Shown here in pieces: positions 1 to 9,659 of a DNA stretch of 64,000 bases. The stretch lies in contig JAJYIV010000002.1 in the NCBI GenBank assembly GCA_021789915.1, positions 613 through 64,612 on the forward strand, written 5' to 3'. Source of the stretch: a bacterium (GTDB lineage Bacteria; Patescibacteriota; Patescibacteriia; UBA9934; GWF2-40-263). Positions within the stretch are counted from its first letter, which is position 1, and every line of letters starts with the position of its first letter. Below the pieces are notes generated by a model that did not search any database, was not told where the DNA came from, and saw nothing but the letters and a program-made list of their open reading frames with translations. Both the position numbers and the translations under genes were made by a program.

Positions 1-23
1 GCACGGACGCCGCGCGCACGCAG

Positions 24-1502
24 GTGAAGGATCCGGCGAACTGCCCGGCCGGCTCGGCGGCGCAGACGAAGTACGTCTGCACGAACGGTCAGACGGTCGA
101 CGACCCGTCCGCGTGCGAGCACGTCTGCCGCGGCGGGTACGCGCTCGACGAATCGACCGGCGCGTGCGTGAAAGTCTGCCCCGAAGGGCAGACGCTGGAT
201 TACGCTGGCGACTGCGAACCGCTGCCGCCGAACGACTGCCATGCGGACGCGGACTGCAGCGCCGGCGAGCGCTGCAACGTGAATGGCCACTGCGTCGTCC
301 CGTGCCATCGGGACGCGGATTGTCATGATCCGTCGCTCTGGTGCAACGCGCCGACGATCGTCGGCGACGACACGATGGGAAGCTGCCAGCCCGCCCCGTC
401 GGAAACGACGGGGACGGGGAAGCTCACCGTCACGACGGACGGAACGTCGCCGAAGTCGTCCATCGTGCTCGGCGGCAGCACGAGCGTTCCCGCCGCCGTG
501 TACGCTTTGGAAGCGACGAACAAGAACGCGACGATCCGCGGTCTGACGCTGTTCAACTGCGTCGGCATGCAGCCGGAACCGAAAGACGACTGCAGCGGCG
601 CAAACGAAAGCCACGAGGACGACGCGGCCGTCGAGGCCGTGTATCTGCACTACTTCGGAGCGGACGGGAATTCCGTAACCAAAACGGGGTTCCTGCAGTT
701 CGGCAAGGTGACGTTCGTCGGGCTCGACATGCCGGCGAACGTCGACGTGCACACGCTGCTGACGGTGACGGTGGACGCCGGCCTTGTTTCGTCCGTGAAC
801 GGCGTGCCGTCCGGCACGAAGTTCCAGCTGAACCTCGTCGCGACGGACTTCGATGCCGTCGCAACGGACGACGGGACGCCGATCCAGGCGACGTTCACGG
901 CCGCCGGCGACGCACAAGCGGTCGCCAGTCCGATGACGTTGCGCAAGACCAAGCCGACCGTGACGCTCGCCTCGGGTTCCCCGAGCGGCGCCGGAGTGCC
1001 CGGGTTCTCCGAGGTGCTTCGGTACAACGTGTCGGCGGCGTCGACCGGCTTCGTCGGCCTCGACATGATCACGTTCAAGCTCACGTCGACGGACATGGCT
1101 GGCAGCGGCTGGAACACGGACGCCCGGCTTGAGGGCAAGTTCCAGTTGTACGACATGGCGGATCCGTCGGCAGCAATCGGCGCGGCCGTGTGGCTGCACA
1201 ACTCCACCGGTGCGGTGGCGGGGCCGAATGACGTTGTGACCTACGTCACGTTCGTCTTCGACCCGGGCGAAGTACAAGTCTCCGCCGGCATGACGTCCAC
1301 CTTCTCGCTGAAGATGGACACGACGGGCGCGAACTCCGCGGACAACGACATCATCCGCATCGACATCCCGGCCCAGAGCGAGCTCGACCAGCTCGCGACG
1401 CCGCAGACATCGATCCGGTGGGAAGATGATATCGAAGCGCAAAGCCTCGACGGGACGCTCGTCAACAATCTTCCGATGACGGGCGGAACGATCGTCTTCT
1501 AA
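24..1502 (+). CDS. Cysteine-rich secreted/surface protein, hypothetical (N-terminal Cys-spaced repeats then Thr/Val-rich beta region)
   Basis: 492-aa ORF with GC3-rich codons; repeated C-x-C spacing in first ~110 aa; no family recognised; upstream context cut by window start. Confidence 0.5.
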   Translation: MKDPANCPAGSAAQTKYVCTNGQTVDDPSACEHVCRGGYALDESTGACVKVCPEGQTLDYAGDCEPLPPNDCHADADCSAGERCNVNGHCVVPCHRDADCHDPSLWCNAPTIVGDDTMGSCQPAPSETTGTGKLTVTTDGTSPKSSIVLGGSTSVPAAVYALEATNKNATIRGLTLFNCVGMQPEPKDDCSGANESHEDDAAVEAVYLHYFGADGNSVTKTGFLQFGKVTFVGLDMPANVDVHTLLTVTVDAGLVSSVNGVPSGTKFQLNLVATDFDAVATDDGTPIQATFTAAGDAQAVASPMTLRKTKPTVTLASGSPSGAGVPGFSEVLRYNVSAASTGFVGLDMITFKLTSTDMAGSGWNTDARLEGKFQLYDMADPSAAIGAAVWLHNSTGAVAGPNDVVTYVTFVFDPGEVQVSAGMTSTFSLKMDTTGANSADNDIIRIDIPAQSELDQLATPQTSIRWEDDIEAQSLDGTLVNNLPMTGGTIVF

Positions 1503-1508
1503 GGCGCG

Positions 1509-1576
1509 AACCCCTCCGCCTGCCAAAAAGGAAGCCAGCAGGCATCCTCCCCTTGGCAGGGGAGGTTCTGCCGCGG
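1509..1576. repeat. GC-rich palindromic repeat (family P, reverse orientation), intergenic copy downstream of CDS 24..1502
   Basis: rc reads CCTCCCCTGCCAAGGGGAGG-ATGCCTGCTGGC-...-TTGGCAGGCGGAGGGG, matching copies at 15583, 52544, 60812, 62622 and 63803. Confidence 0.7.
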
Positions 1577-1696
1577 ACACTCTCTGCCGGCTCACGTGCG
1601 TGCAACGCGCGCGTGGGCCGGTTTTTCTTTTTGCCCACGTCAGTCTTGCCAATCGCCCTTTTTCCGGCTACATTTCCGTCCGTTCCCGCCTTGCGT

Positions 1697-1767
1697 TCGG
1701 GGGTCGTCTAACGGCAGGACAGCAGCCTTTGAAGCTGTGAATCGTGGTTCGATTCCACGCCCCCGAA
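1697..1767 (+). tRNA. tRNA-Gln (anticodon TTG)
   Basis: Cloverleaf folded by hand: acceptor TCGGGGG/CCCCCGA, D-arm GTCT-AACGGCA-GGAC, anticodon arm GCAGC-CTTTGAA-GCTGT, T-arm CGTGG-TTCGATT-CCACG; CCA not encoded. Confidence 0.8.
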
Positions 1768-1782
1768 CGTAGAGCAGGAACG

Positions 1783-1814
1783 CATCCGACCGGACAACCG
1801 GCCGGATGTTTTCG
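1783..1814 (+). terminator. Hairpin plus T-run downstream of tRNA-Gln
   Basis: CATCCGACCGG-ACAA-CCGGCCGGATG followed by TTTTCG. Confidence 0.5.
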
Positions 1815-2117
1815 TCGCCTGTTGATATCTCGCGCCGACGGGAAAAATGCGGCTTGTGGATAAGGTCGCCGACCGTCCGTTTTTCAAGCATTGACGGCAC
1901 GTTGAGAGGTTGCACGCGCGGCGGTATCCTAAAGAGTGTTCGATGCGATGACGCCCCGTCGTCCGATGGCCGCTGCCGCTCATGCGTGTTTCCCGCCGAG
2001 GAACGCCGCGGAGCGTTGGCTTGAAATCGCCCAGGGAGGCACCGCGAAGGTTCCCCTTGTTCCTCTGGCGGTTTTTTTGCGCCGCCGATTCCCCTTTTTT
2101 CCGCGTTTATTCATCGT

Positions 2118-3944
2118 ATGTCCACCCAGACCCTCGTCCATCAAGACCCCGTCGTCTGCTCCATCGACCCGATCTCGACCATTGACGAGTATATCCACCA
2201 GGCCGACTGGCGGGTCAACGCGAACGCCAACCAGGGGTATTCGCTGGGCGGCATGATCCTGAACACCGTCGGCAAGGTGGTGGCGAATTACTGGCTTAAC
2301 AAGATTTACACCAAGGACATACGCGACGCGCATGTCCAGGGGGATTTTTACATCCACGATTTGGACGTGTTCGCCGGCTACTGCGCGGGGTGGAGCCTGC
2401 GCCAGCTGCTGGAGGAGGGCTTCAACGGCGTGCCGGGCAAGGTGGAATCGCTGCCGCCCAAGCACTTGGAGACGGCCGTGGCGCAGATGGTGAACTTCTT
2501 CGGCACGCTGCAGAACGAATGGGCGGGCGCCCAGGCGTTCTCCTCGTTCGACACGTACCTGGCGCCCTTCGTGAAGAAAGACCAGATGACCTACGAGGGC
2601 GTGAAGCAGTGCATCCAGCAATTCGTCTTCAACCTCAACGTCCCGTCGCGCTGGGGCACGCAGACGCCGTTCACCAACATCACGCTGGACTGGGTGTGCC
2701 CGGAGGACATGCGCGAGCGCCATCCGCTGGTCGGCGGCGAAGAGCAGCCGTTCACGTACGGCGATTGCCAAAAGGAGATGGACGCCATCAACAAGGCCTT
2801 CATCGAAGTCATGATCGCAGGCGACGCCAAGGGCCGCATCTTCACCTTCCCCATCCCGACCTACAACATCACGCGCGATTTCGACTGGGAAAACCCGAAT
2901 GTCCAGGGCCTGTTTGAAATGACGGCCAAATACGGCACGCCGTACTTCCAGAACTTCATCAATTCCCCGCTCAATCCGAGCGATGTGCGCAGCATGTGCT
3001 GCCGCCTGCAGCTCGACCTGCGCCAGCTGCGGCAGCGCGGCGGCGGCCTCTTCGGCTCGGCGGAGATGACGGGCTCCGTCGGCGTCGTCACCATCAACAT
3101 GGCGCGCCTGGGCCACGTTTCCAAGTCGAAAGAGGAGTTCTTCACGCGGCTGGACCGGCTGATGAAGCTGGCGAAAGAATCGCTGGAGCTCAAGCGCGAG
3201 ACGGTGGAGGACAATGTCCGACGCGGCCTGCTGCCGTTCACGCGCCGCTACCTGCCGTCGCTGCACAATCATTTTTCGACGATCGGCTTGAACGGCGTAA
3301 ACGAGGCGTGCCGGAATTTCTTCGGCGGCGACACGGACATCGCTTCGCCGGAAGGCAAGCAGTTCGCCGCGGACATCCTGGACTTCATGCGCAAGCGCTT
3401 GGCCGATTTCCAGGAAGAGACGGGGCACTTCTACAATCTCGAGGCCACGCCGGCGGAGGGCACGACGTACCGCTTCGCCAAGGAGGACCAGAAGCGCTTC
3501 CCCGACATCATCCAGGCCGGCACGACGGAGAATCCGTACTACACCAATTCGACGCACCTGCCCGTGACGCACACGGACAATCCGCTGGAAGCGCTGGACC
3601 ACCAGGACAGCCTGCAGACGATGTACACCGGCGGCACCGTGCTGCACCTGTTCCTCGGCGAACGCGTGCAGGATTGGAAGACGTGCCGCGCATTCGTGAA
3701 GAGCGTCGCCTACGGCTACCGCCTGCCGTATTTCACGATCACGCCGACGTTCAGCGTCTGTCCGTCGCACGGCTACCAATCCGGCGAACACCAGTGCTGC
3801 CCCACCTGCGGAGCCACCTGCGAAATCTGGTCGCGCATCGTCGGCTATTTCCGCCCTGTCGACCAGTGGAACCGCGGCAAGAAAGGCGAGTATGCCGAAC
3901 GCAAGGAATACGCGGTGCCGAACGCGTGCGAGACCTGCGTATGA
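2118..3944 (+). CDS. nrdD: Anaerobic ribonucleoside-triphosphate reductase (class III RNR)
   Basis: 608 aa; C-terminal glycyl-radical motif RIVGYFRP and a CxxC...CPTCG zinc site; stop overlaps the nrdG start (ATGA). Confidence 0.9.
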   Translation: MSTQTLVHQDPVVCSIDPISTIDEYIHQADWRVNANANQGYSLGGMILNTVGKVVANYWLNKIYTKDIRDAHVQGDFYIHDLDVFAGYCAGWSLRQLLEEGFNGVPGKVESLPPKHLETAVAQMVNFFGTLQNEWAGAQAFSSFDTYLAPFVKKDQMTYEGVKQCIQQFVFNLNVPSRWGTQTPFTNITLDWVCPEDMRERHPLVGGEEQPFTYGDCQKEMDAINKAFIEVMIAGDAKGRIFTFPIPTYNITRDFDWENPNVQGLFEMTAKYGTPYFQNFINSPLNPSDVRSMCCRLQLDLRQLRQRGGGLFGSAEMTGSVGVVTINMARLGHVSKSKEEFFTRLDRLMKLAKESLELKRETVEDNVRRGLLPFTRRYLPSLHNHFSTIGLNGVNEACRNFFGGDTDIASPEGKQFAADILDFMRKRLADFQEETGHFYNLEATPAEGTTYRFAKEDQKRFPDIIQAGTTENPYYTNSTHLPVTHTDNPLEALDHQDSLQTMYTGGTVLHLFLGERVQDWKTCRAFVKSVAYGYRLPYFTITPTFSVCPSHGYQSGEHQCCPTCGATCEIWSRIVGYFRPVDQWNRGKKGEYAERKEYAVPNACETCV

Positions 3945-4627
3945 GGATCGCTGGGTTCCAGCCGCTGTCCCTGCTCGATTTCCCCGAACGCCCCTGCGCC
4001 GTCGTCTTCACGCAAGGGTGCCCCTTGCGCTGCCCGTTCTGCCATAATCCGGGGCTCATCCCGAACGGCCCGGGGAAGATGCGCGCGGACGAGGTCCTTT
4101 CCGAGCTGGAACGCCACGCGAACACCGTCGCCGCCGTCTGCGTCACCGGCGGCGAGCCGACCGTGCAGCCGGACCTTCCGGCCTTTTTGCGCCTGCTCAA
4201 GCTGCGCGGCTTCGCCGTGAAGCTTGACACCAACGGCGTGCACCCGCGCATGGTCGCCCGCCTGCTCTCCGACCGTCTGGTCGACTACGTCGCCATGGAT
4301 TTCAAACACCGGTGGAGCGCCTACGCGGGGCTTACGAAGGCCGCGGCGCCGGCCGTCGAACACATCCGCCGGACGTTTTCCCTGCTGCAGCAAAGCGGCG
4401 TTCCGCACGAGTTCCGCACGACCGTCGTCCCCGCCTTCCACACGGCGGAAGACCTTGAACGCATGGCCGTGGAGCTTGCGCCGGGAACGTCGTGGGCCTG
4501 GCAGCCGGTGCGCTACGGCATCACGTACGATCCGAACCTCCCGAAGGGGGAAATGCCGCCGCTGGAAGAGATCCGCAGCCGCATCCTGGCGGCGCATCCC
4601 GATCTCTCGATTACGATTCGCCGCTGA
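3941..4627 (+). CDS. nrdG: Anaerobic ribonucleotide reductase activating protein (radical SAM)
   Basis: CPLRCPFCHN radical-SAM cysteine motif; translationally coupled to nrdD. Confidence 0.85.
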   Translation: MRIAGFQPLSLLDFPERPCAVVFTQGCPLRCPFCHNPGLIPNGPGKMRADEVLSELERHANTVAAVCVTGGEPTVQPDLPAFLRLLKLRGFAVKLDTNGVHPRMVARLLSDRLVDYVAMDFKHRWSAYAGLTKAAAPAVEHIRRTFSLLQQSGVPHEFRTTVVPAFHTAEDLERMAVELAPGTSWAWQPVRYGITYDPNLPKGEMPPLEEIRSRILAAHPDLSITIRR

Positions 4628-4666
4628 CAAAAACGGATCCGCGCGCGGATCCGTTTTTGTTGCCTT

Positions 4667-5584
4667 TCACACCCGCAGGTACCGCCGCATGGCAAGCGAC
4701 GTCGCGATCAGGTTCAGGATGGCGAGCGCGGCGAATTGCCCGCCGAAGATGAGCAGCCAGTTCTGCTGGAAATACGCGACGAGCCCCGTCTGGTAGCCGG
4801 CGCCGAGGAACACGTCGAGCTTCGGCTCCATCACGGCCACGGTCGGCAGCACGATGGCGACGACCACGAGCGTCGCGAGCAGGCTGTAGAACACGGCCTC
4901 GGCCAGGAACGGCCCCTTGACGAAGCGATCGGTGGCGCCTACCAGCTTCATGATGCCGATTTCCTCGCGGTGGATGAAAATGCCCATGCGCACCGTGTTG
5001 AACACGATGAGGACGGCGATCGCGAGGAACAACGCGGCGATGCCGATGCCCAGCGCGCGCGCCCGGTCCGTCAGGAAGCGGATGCGGTCGATGAGCTGGG
5101 AATAATTGCCGAAGTCCTTCTCGCGGATCTGGTCCTGGAATTGCGGATCCTGCAGCGCCTGGAGGATCACCGGAAAATCGTCCGCCGCGCGCGCCTTGAC
5201 GATGAGCGACGGCCCGAACGGATTGCCGCCCACTTCCGCGAGCGATTTCATGATGGCGTCCTCGCCGGCGTGCCGCGCCTTGAACTGGGCCAGGGCCTGA
5301 TCCGCCGTGACCGTCTCCACGTCCCGCACCTGCGGCAGGTTGCGCAGCTGCCCGGCGGCGGCCGTCAACTGGTCCGTCGTCACCTCCGGCTTGAAGTATA
5401 CGGACACTTCGACGCGGTCCTCGACCGCCTGGATGGCTTTCTGCGCCACGTGGTTCAGGACGACGAGGATGTTCACTGACAGAAGCGTCAGGGCAAGCAT
5501 GCTGACGGTGACGACGGACAGCCAGAAATTGCGCCAAAAGTTCTGGAACGCGAATTTCAGCACGCGCAGGAGGGGCGCCGTCAT
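4667..5584 (-). CDS. ftsX: Cell division ABC transporter permease FtsX
   Basis: 305 aa; 4-TM FtsX-like architecture; overlaps ftsE by 4 nt. Confidence 0.8.
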   Translation of the reverse strand: MTAPLLRVLKFAFQNFWRNFWLSVVTVSMLALTLLSVNILVVLNHVAQKAIQAVEDRVEVSVYFKPEVTTDQLTAAAGQLRNLPQVRDVETVTADQALAQFKARHAGEDAIMKSLAEVGGNPFGPSLIVKARAADDFPVILQALQDPQFQDQIREKDFGNYSQLIDRIRFLTDRARALGIGIAALFLAIAVLIVFNTVRMGIFIHREEIGIMKLVGATDRFVKGPFLAEAVFYSLLATLVVVAIVLPTVAVMEPKLDVFLGAGYQTGLVAYFQQNWLLIFGGQFAALAILNLIATSLAMRRYLRV

Positions 5585-6261
5585 AGTCGGTATTTTCCCT
5601 CTTCGACGTCCGAGACGATCCGGCCGCCGTCGAGGGCGATCACGCGCTTTTTGAGGCCGTTCACGACTTCGCGATTATGCGTCACCAGCACGACCGTGGT
5701 GCCGAACTCGTTGATCTTGCGCAGCAGCTCCATGATTTCGCGCGTGTTGATGGTGTCCAGGTTGCCGGTGGGCTCGTCGGCCAGCAGGATTTTGGGGCGG
5801 TGGACGAGCGCGCGGGCGATCGCGATGCGCTGCTGTTCGCCGCCGGACAGCTGCCTGGGGAAACGGTCGGCCTTGTCCTGAAGGTTCACGATGCGCAGGA
5901 CCTGCGGGACGATGTCGCGCACGCGCTCCAGCGGCAATCCGGAGACTTCCAGCGCGAACGCGATGTTCTCCGCCACCGTTTTGCGCTGGAGGAGCTTGAA
6001 ATCCTGGAACACGACGCCGATCTGCCGGCGCAGGAGCGGAACGTCGCGCTCGCGGATGCGGGTGATGTCCCAGCCGCCGACCACCACCTGACCTTCCGTC
6101 GGATGCTCCTCCGCGAACATGAGCTTGGCGAGCGTCGTCTTGCCCGTGCCGCTTTGGCCCACGATGGAAACGAATTCCCCGGCCTTGATATGCAACGAGA
6201 CGTCGCGCACGGCCGCGACGTTCGGATGGTAGATTTTGGTGACGTTCTTGAAGCGGATCAT
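5581..6261 (-). CDS. ftsE: Cell division ATP-binding protein FtsE
   Basis: Walker A GQSGTGKTT, ABC signature LSGGEQQR, Walker B ILLADEP; start taken at MIRFKNV. Confidence 0.85.
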   Translation of the reverse strand: MIRFKNVTKIYHPNVAAVRDVSLHIKAGEFVSIVGQSGTGKTTLAKLMFAEEHPTEGQVVVGGWDITRIRERDVPLLRRQIGVVFQDFKLLQRKTVAENIAFALEVSGLPLERVRDIVPQVLRIVNLQDKADRFPRQLSGGEQQRIAIARALVHRPKILLADEPTGNLDTINTREIMELLRKINEFGTTVVLVTHNREVVNGLKKRVIALDGGRIVSDVEEGKYRL

Positions 6262-6311
6262 GCCGTCTTGCGATTGGTCGGAACGTCGGCTATTATAGCG
6301 CACGCCATCGC

Positions 6312-6385
6312 GCAGGTATAGTTTAGTGGCAAAACGACTGCTTCCCAAGCAGTAGTCGCGGGTCCGATTCCCGCTACCTGCTCCA
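6312..6385 (+). tRNA. tRNA-Gly (anticodon CCC), CCA encoded
   Basis: Acceptor GCAGGTA/TACCTGC, D-arm GTTT-AGTGGCA-AAAC, anticodon arm ACTGC-TTCCCAA-GCAGT, T-arm GCGGG-TCCGATT-CCCGC. Confidence 0.8.
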
Positions 6386-6510
6386 AAAATCCCCGACTTG
6401 GTCGGGGATTTTTGCTTGTAAACGGGATGGGGGGCGCAAAAAACGCCGCCTGTTCCAAGAGGGGAACGGGCGGCAGCGTCAGTCGGCGGAGGGCGGCGGC
6501 CGCAGAAACG

Positions 6511-7686
6511 CTATGGTTCGCCGCGCGGGCGCAACAGCCACAGGACGGCGGCGACAGCCGCGAGCAGCGCGCCGCAAACCGTCCATGTCAATCGGATCGT
6601 GTCCGGCCCGTCGAGAAAGCGGCGGTCGGCAAGCCACAAGACAAGCGGCACGACGGTGAAACCGGCTTTCGCGGCGAATGAATGAAGCGATCCGGCGGTG
6701 GCGCGGTAGGCGCTTTCCACGCGACGGTGGATGAAGCGGTCCGTAAGCGGTTGGAAGGATCCGCGCGGCAGCTCGTGCAGCGCGAGCAGCGCCAGGAAGC
6801 CGACGCGGCCGCCGGAGAGCGGCAAGGCCAGCATTGCCAGCCCTGCGACGCCCATCGATACCGCCGTCGCGGCCGCGTCGTGCATGCCGGCGTCGGCCAA
6901 CCGCGGCATCAACAGGCCGCCGATGGAAGAGGCGAGGCACATTCCCGCAAAGACCAGGCCCAGGCGCGCGCGGCCGAACAGCCGTTCGGCATACGGCGCC
7001 CAAAAATAATTGATCCCGGCCACGAGGCCAAACGCGAACAGGCAGGCGGCGATCCATCGCAGCGCGCGCTGCGCGCGCAGGGCGCCGATCGCGCGTGCGA
7101 ACGCCTCCGTGCATGGCAGGCGATGCGCCGGATCGCCACGTCCGCGCATGCGCGTGCGCACGAACGCGACGAGTACGGGCGCGCACAAGAGTTCGGGAAC
7201 CCAGATCGCCCGTAGATGCCATGCGCCCAGCCAGCCGCCAAACGCGCCACCGGCCATCATGGCCAGGCCGCGCGCCGCGGACGCGCGGCCAAGAACGCCG
7301 CCGATATTTTCTCCATGGCCTTCGGCATGCAGCGTATCTACGAGCCATGCCTGCAGCGCGCCCGACTCGAACGCGAGACCGGCGCCTAGGACGATCTCCG
7401 CCGTCAGCGCCGAACCGAGCCCGCGCGCCAGCAGGTACGCGAGCGCGCCGGCGAACCGGATGACAGCACCCACGGCTAGCGTTCGCGCGCGCCCGAAACG
7501 ATCCGCCGCGAGACTCGTCGGAACGTCCATGGCAATCACGGCCGCACTGAAGAAACCGTTGATGAGCGCCACCTGGCCCAAGGTCAGGCCGATGGATCGC
7601 AGGAACGGCACGTAGTCCGCCATGGACATGGCAATGCCGAACGTGCTCAAGAATGCGAACGTCACGTACGTGCGCGCAGCGCGCAT
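6511..7686 (-). CDS. MFS transporter
   Basis: 391 aa, about 12 predicted TM helices, typical MFS loop composition. Confidence 0.7.
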   Translation of the reverse strand: MRAARTYVTFAFLSTFGIAMSMADYVPFLRSIGLTLGQVALINGFFSAAVIAMDVPTSLAADRFGRARTLAVGAVIRFAGALAYLLARGLGSALTAEIVLGAGLAFESGALQAWLVDTLHAEGHGENIGGVLGRASAARGLAMMAGGAFGGWLGAWHLRAIWVPELLCAPVLVAFVRTRMRGRGDPAHRLPCTEAFARAIGALRAQRALRWIAACLFAFGLVAGINYFWAPYAERLFGRARLGLVFAGMCLASSIGGLLMPRLADAGMHDAAATAVSMGVAGLAMLALPLSGGRVGFLALLALHELPRGSFQPLTDRFIHRRVESAYRATAGSLHSFAAKAGFTVVPLVLWLADRRFLDGPDTIRLTWTVCGALLAAVAAVLWLLRPRGEP

Positions 7687-7883
7687 GGTTCCTCCTTGGA
7701 AGGATCAAAAACGGCCGGGGGGTTTCCCGGCCGTTCGGGTCCTGATGCGCGTCACGCGCCCATCAGACCCCTGCCGCCGGGAAACGAAAAACACATAGAC
7801 GGGCGTCAAGAAGAATGGTCAGATCTCTCAAACGGCCCTTGTCCGACCGGACGTTTCTTGATATGGTGCCCGCGCTCAAGACG

Positions 7884-7905
7884 GGTCAGTATATACATAC
7901 TGACC
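7884..7905. promoter_or_regulatory. Perfect 9-bp inverted repeat GGTCAGTAT-ATAC-ATACTGACC in the divergent region between the MFS gene and tRNA-Lys (operator-like)
   Basis: seen directly; AT-rich centre resembles a -10 element. Confidence 0.35.
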
Positions 7906-7926
7906 TCTCGTCGTTCGGGCACGACT

Positions 7927-7945
7927 AATGCGTTTAGAACGCATT
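7927..7945. promoter_or_regulatory. Inverted repeat AATGCGT-TTAGA-ACGCATT just upstream of tRNA-Lys
   Basis: seen directly. Confidence 0.3.
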
Positions 7946-7965
7946 GGTCGCACCGCTCACTCCTT

Positions 7966-8040
7966 GGGTCAGTAGCTCAGTGGTAGAGCCAGGGCCTTTT
8001 AAGCCCGCGGTCGTGGGTTCGATCCCCACCTGACCCACCA
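7966..8040 (+). tRNA. tRNA-Lys (anticodon TTT), CCA encoded
   Basis: Acceptor GGGTCAG/CTGACCC, D-arm GCTC-AGTGGTA-GAGC, anticodon loop CTTTTAA, T-arm GTGGG-TTCGATC-CCCAC. Confidence 0.85.
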
Positions 8041-8041
8041 G

Positions 8042-8165
8042 AAAACCGCCTAAAGCAGCGATCTATCGGCTCAGGCCTCGCGTGCTCGCTCACCGTACAT
8101 ATCAGTACGGCTCGCTGCGCCCGCTTCGGCCTTCACCGATATCTCATCTGCTTTAGGCGGTTTTT
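8042..8165 (+). ncRNA. Structured element immediately 3' of tRNA-Lys, closed by a 17-bp perfect inverted repeat (AAAACCGCCTAAAGCAG ... CTGCTTTAGGCGGTTTT) and ending in a T-run
   Basis: Long-range perfect stem enclosing internal hairpins (CCGTAC-ATATCA-GTACGG; UUCG-containing stem); could be a compound terminator or a small RNA. Confidence 0.4.
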
Positions 8166-8408
8166 AAGATGGGATCGAACCGGAAGCCGGAGAATGGTCG
8201 AGTCTTGCAACGGTCTCAGTGCAGAAGCTTGACGGAATCCTCATTCCTGGTATCTTTCGTCCTTGCTCTTTTTATGTTTTCAACGTTTGATTGAGCCATG
8301 AGGCAAGCGTTTTTCCGATCTTTTCGAAGGCCGGCAAGCCGCTTGTCTCATGGAAATGAGTCAGCCGCACCGGGAGTCCCCCGACTGCGAAACAAAAGGA
8401 GAATGACG

Positions 8409-9296
8409 ATGCCGGCCACGCCGATCACGTCACCTCAGAAGCGCAAGATCGCAGCCCTCGTCTCCGAAGCGACCGAGAAGGTCATCGAGGAGATGGGACT
8501 CGACAAGGAAGGCGCACAGTGGGTCATAGAGATGAACGGCGACGAATTCGCCGCCGCCGTGCGCGAGAAGGTTCGCGAGCTGCTCACCCGTCTCTCCGTC
8601 TCCGACCAGTTCGCCGACGAGGAAGTCGCCTCGAACTACGGCTATCTCTCCGGCTACAAGCAGCCGAAAGGGATCACCGAGCAGACCAACCGCCTGCGTG
8701 AGCTGATCCGAGGCGTCGGGTTCGCGGACGAGAAGTTGGCGGAGCTCCCTCTGCCGAAGCTCGCGGAAGGCTTCTTCGCCATCCCGAAGTGGGAGACGGT
8801 CGCCCCGACCTACGGCGAGGCCGTCCAGAAGGTGCAGGATCTCCTGAGGGCCCAGCGCGGCGGCAAGTTCTACAGCTACCGCGAAGGCCAGCTCGGACCC
8901 CTGCACCTCCGGCAGAGCGCCCGCTCCGTCGCGTTCTGGAAGCGGCTCGCCGACGCGCAGAAGGGCTACGACATCCTCGTCGTTCCCGCTCAGTTCGGCA
9001 AGCGCGACGGGATCTCTCGTTCCGTCCGCCGCTCTCGTGTGGTCTTCACGGCGCAGGAGTTCGGTCTCGGGGCGTTCGCTTCCGGGATCATGCTCCTCAC
9101 CCACCCGGAGCGTCTGCAGCACTACGACGATCTCTGGATCGACTGTGCCGGAGACGAGTACGCTCCGGGGGCTGACGACCAATTCGTCAACGCGCCGTAC
9201 TTCTACTTCGACGTTGACGGGCTCGAGTTCGACGCGTTCGGTGTCGGCAGCTACTACGACTTCTGCGGGTCTGCGTCGGCCTTCTCCCCGGAGTAG
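8409..9296 (+). CDS. Hypothetical protein (about 296 aa)
   Basis: GC3-rich ORF with SD AAAGGAG 7 nt upstream of the ATG at 8409; GC slightly lower than neighbours; no family recognised. Confidence 0.55.
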   Translation: MPATPITSPQKRKIAALVSEATEKVIEEMGLDKEGAQWVIEMNGDEFAAAVREKVRELLTRLSVSDQFADEEVASNYGYLSGYKQPKGITEQTNRLRELIRGVGFADEKLAELPLPKLAEGFFAIPKWETVAPTYGEAVQKVQDLLRAQRGGKFYSYREGQLGPLHLRQSARSVAFWKRLADAQKGYDILVVPAQFGKRDGISRSVRRSRVVFTAQEFGLGAFASGIMLLTHPERLQHYDDLWIDCAGDEYAPGADDQFVNAPYFYFDVDGLEFDAFGVGSYYDFCGSASAFSPE

Positions 9297-9439
9297 AGTC
9301 CTCGTCCCTCAGTTCCTTTGTTACTCTTTCCGTTCTTTCCGTCTTGTCCCTTTTCGGGACACTACCGGCGTTCGTTTCAACAAACGCCGGTATTTCTTTT
9401 TCTTCGGCGGGGATCGGAGAGTGTTGTAAATCTCCTTTT

Positions 9440-9568
9440 CTCGTCATTGCGAGGAGCTGGTCCCAGTCGTGGCGACGAAGCAATCCTGCAGTTTCCTTCG
9501 AGAACGGAAGGATTGCTTCGCTCCGGCCTCCGGCTTTCGCTCGCAATGACGAGTTTTGCAACGGTCTC
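9440..9568. repeat. Nested palindromic element (14-bp outer stem CTCGTCATTGCGAG/CTCGCAATGACGAG) ending in TTTTGCAACGGTCTC
   Basis: Nested inverted repeats (GAAGCAATCCT/AGGATTGCTTC; TTCCTTC/GGAAGGA); its 3' motif matches the 3' ends of elements at 13610..13713 and 24242..24411 and the motif at 8207. Confidence 0.45.
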
Positions 9569-9659
9569 TGATCGAACGCTTGACGCGGCGCTTGACGCTC
9601 CCTTCCCTCCCGTTCAACGTCCTTTATAATGAAGGGATACTCAATCATCCTTTCATCCT

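Noticed and set aside
1830-2117. NrdR-box operator upstream of nrdD
   Set aside because: No tandem 16-bp palindromes resembling the NrdR consensus could be recognised by eye. Only generic TTGACG / TATCCT promoter-like hexamers are present.
1980-3791. 603-aa ORF antisense to nrdD, and similar long antisense ORFs (e.g. 20245..21894 opposite pyrG, 37505..39631 opposite the Ala-rich gene, 16271..18325, 40115..41968 upstream part, 10912..12288 upstream part, 62079..63197)
   Set aside because: Arg/Ala/Gly-rich translations with no SD or start context. They lie opposite well-supported genes and are typical stop-codon-poor artefacts of about 68% GC DNA.
8207-9568. 13-nt direct repeat TTGCAACGGTCTC flanking the 8409..9296 gene as att sites of an integrated element
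   Set aside because: An exact 13-mer pair within 1.4 kb is expected about once by chance in this window. No integrase is present. The motif is retained only as a shared end-motif of the palindromic elements.
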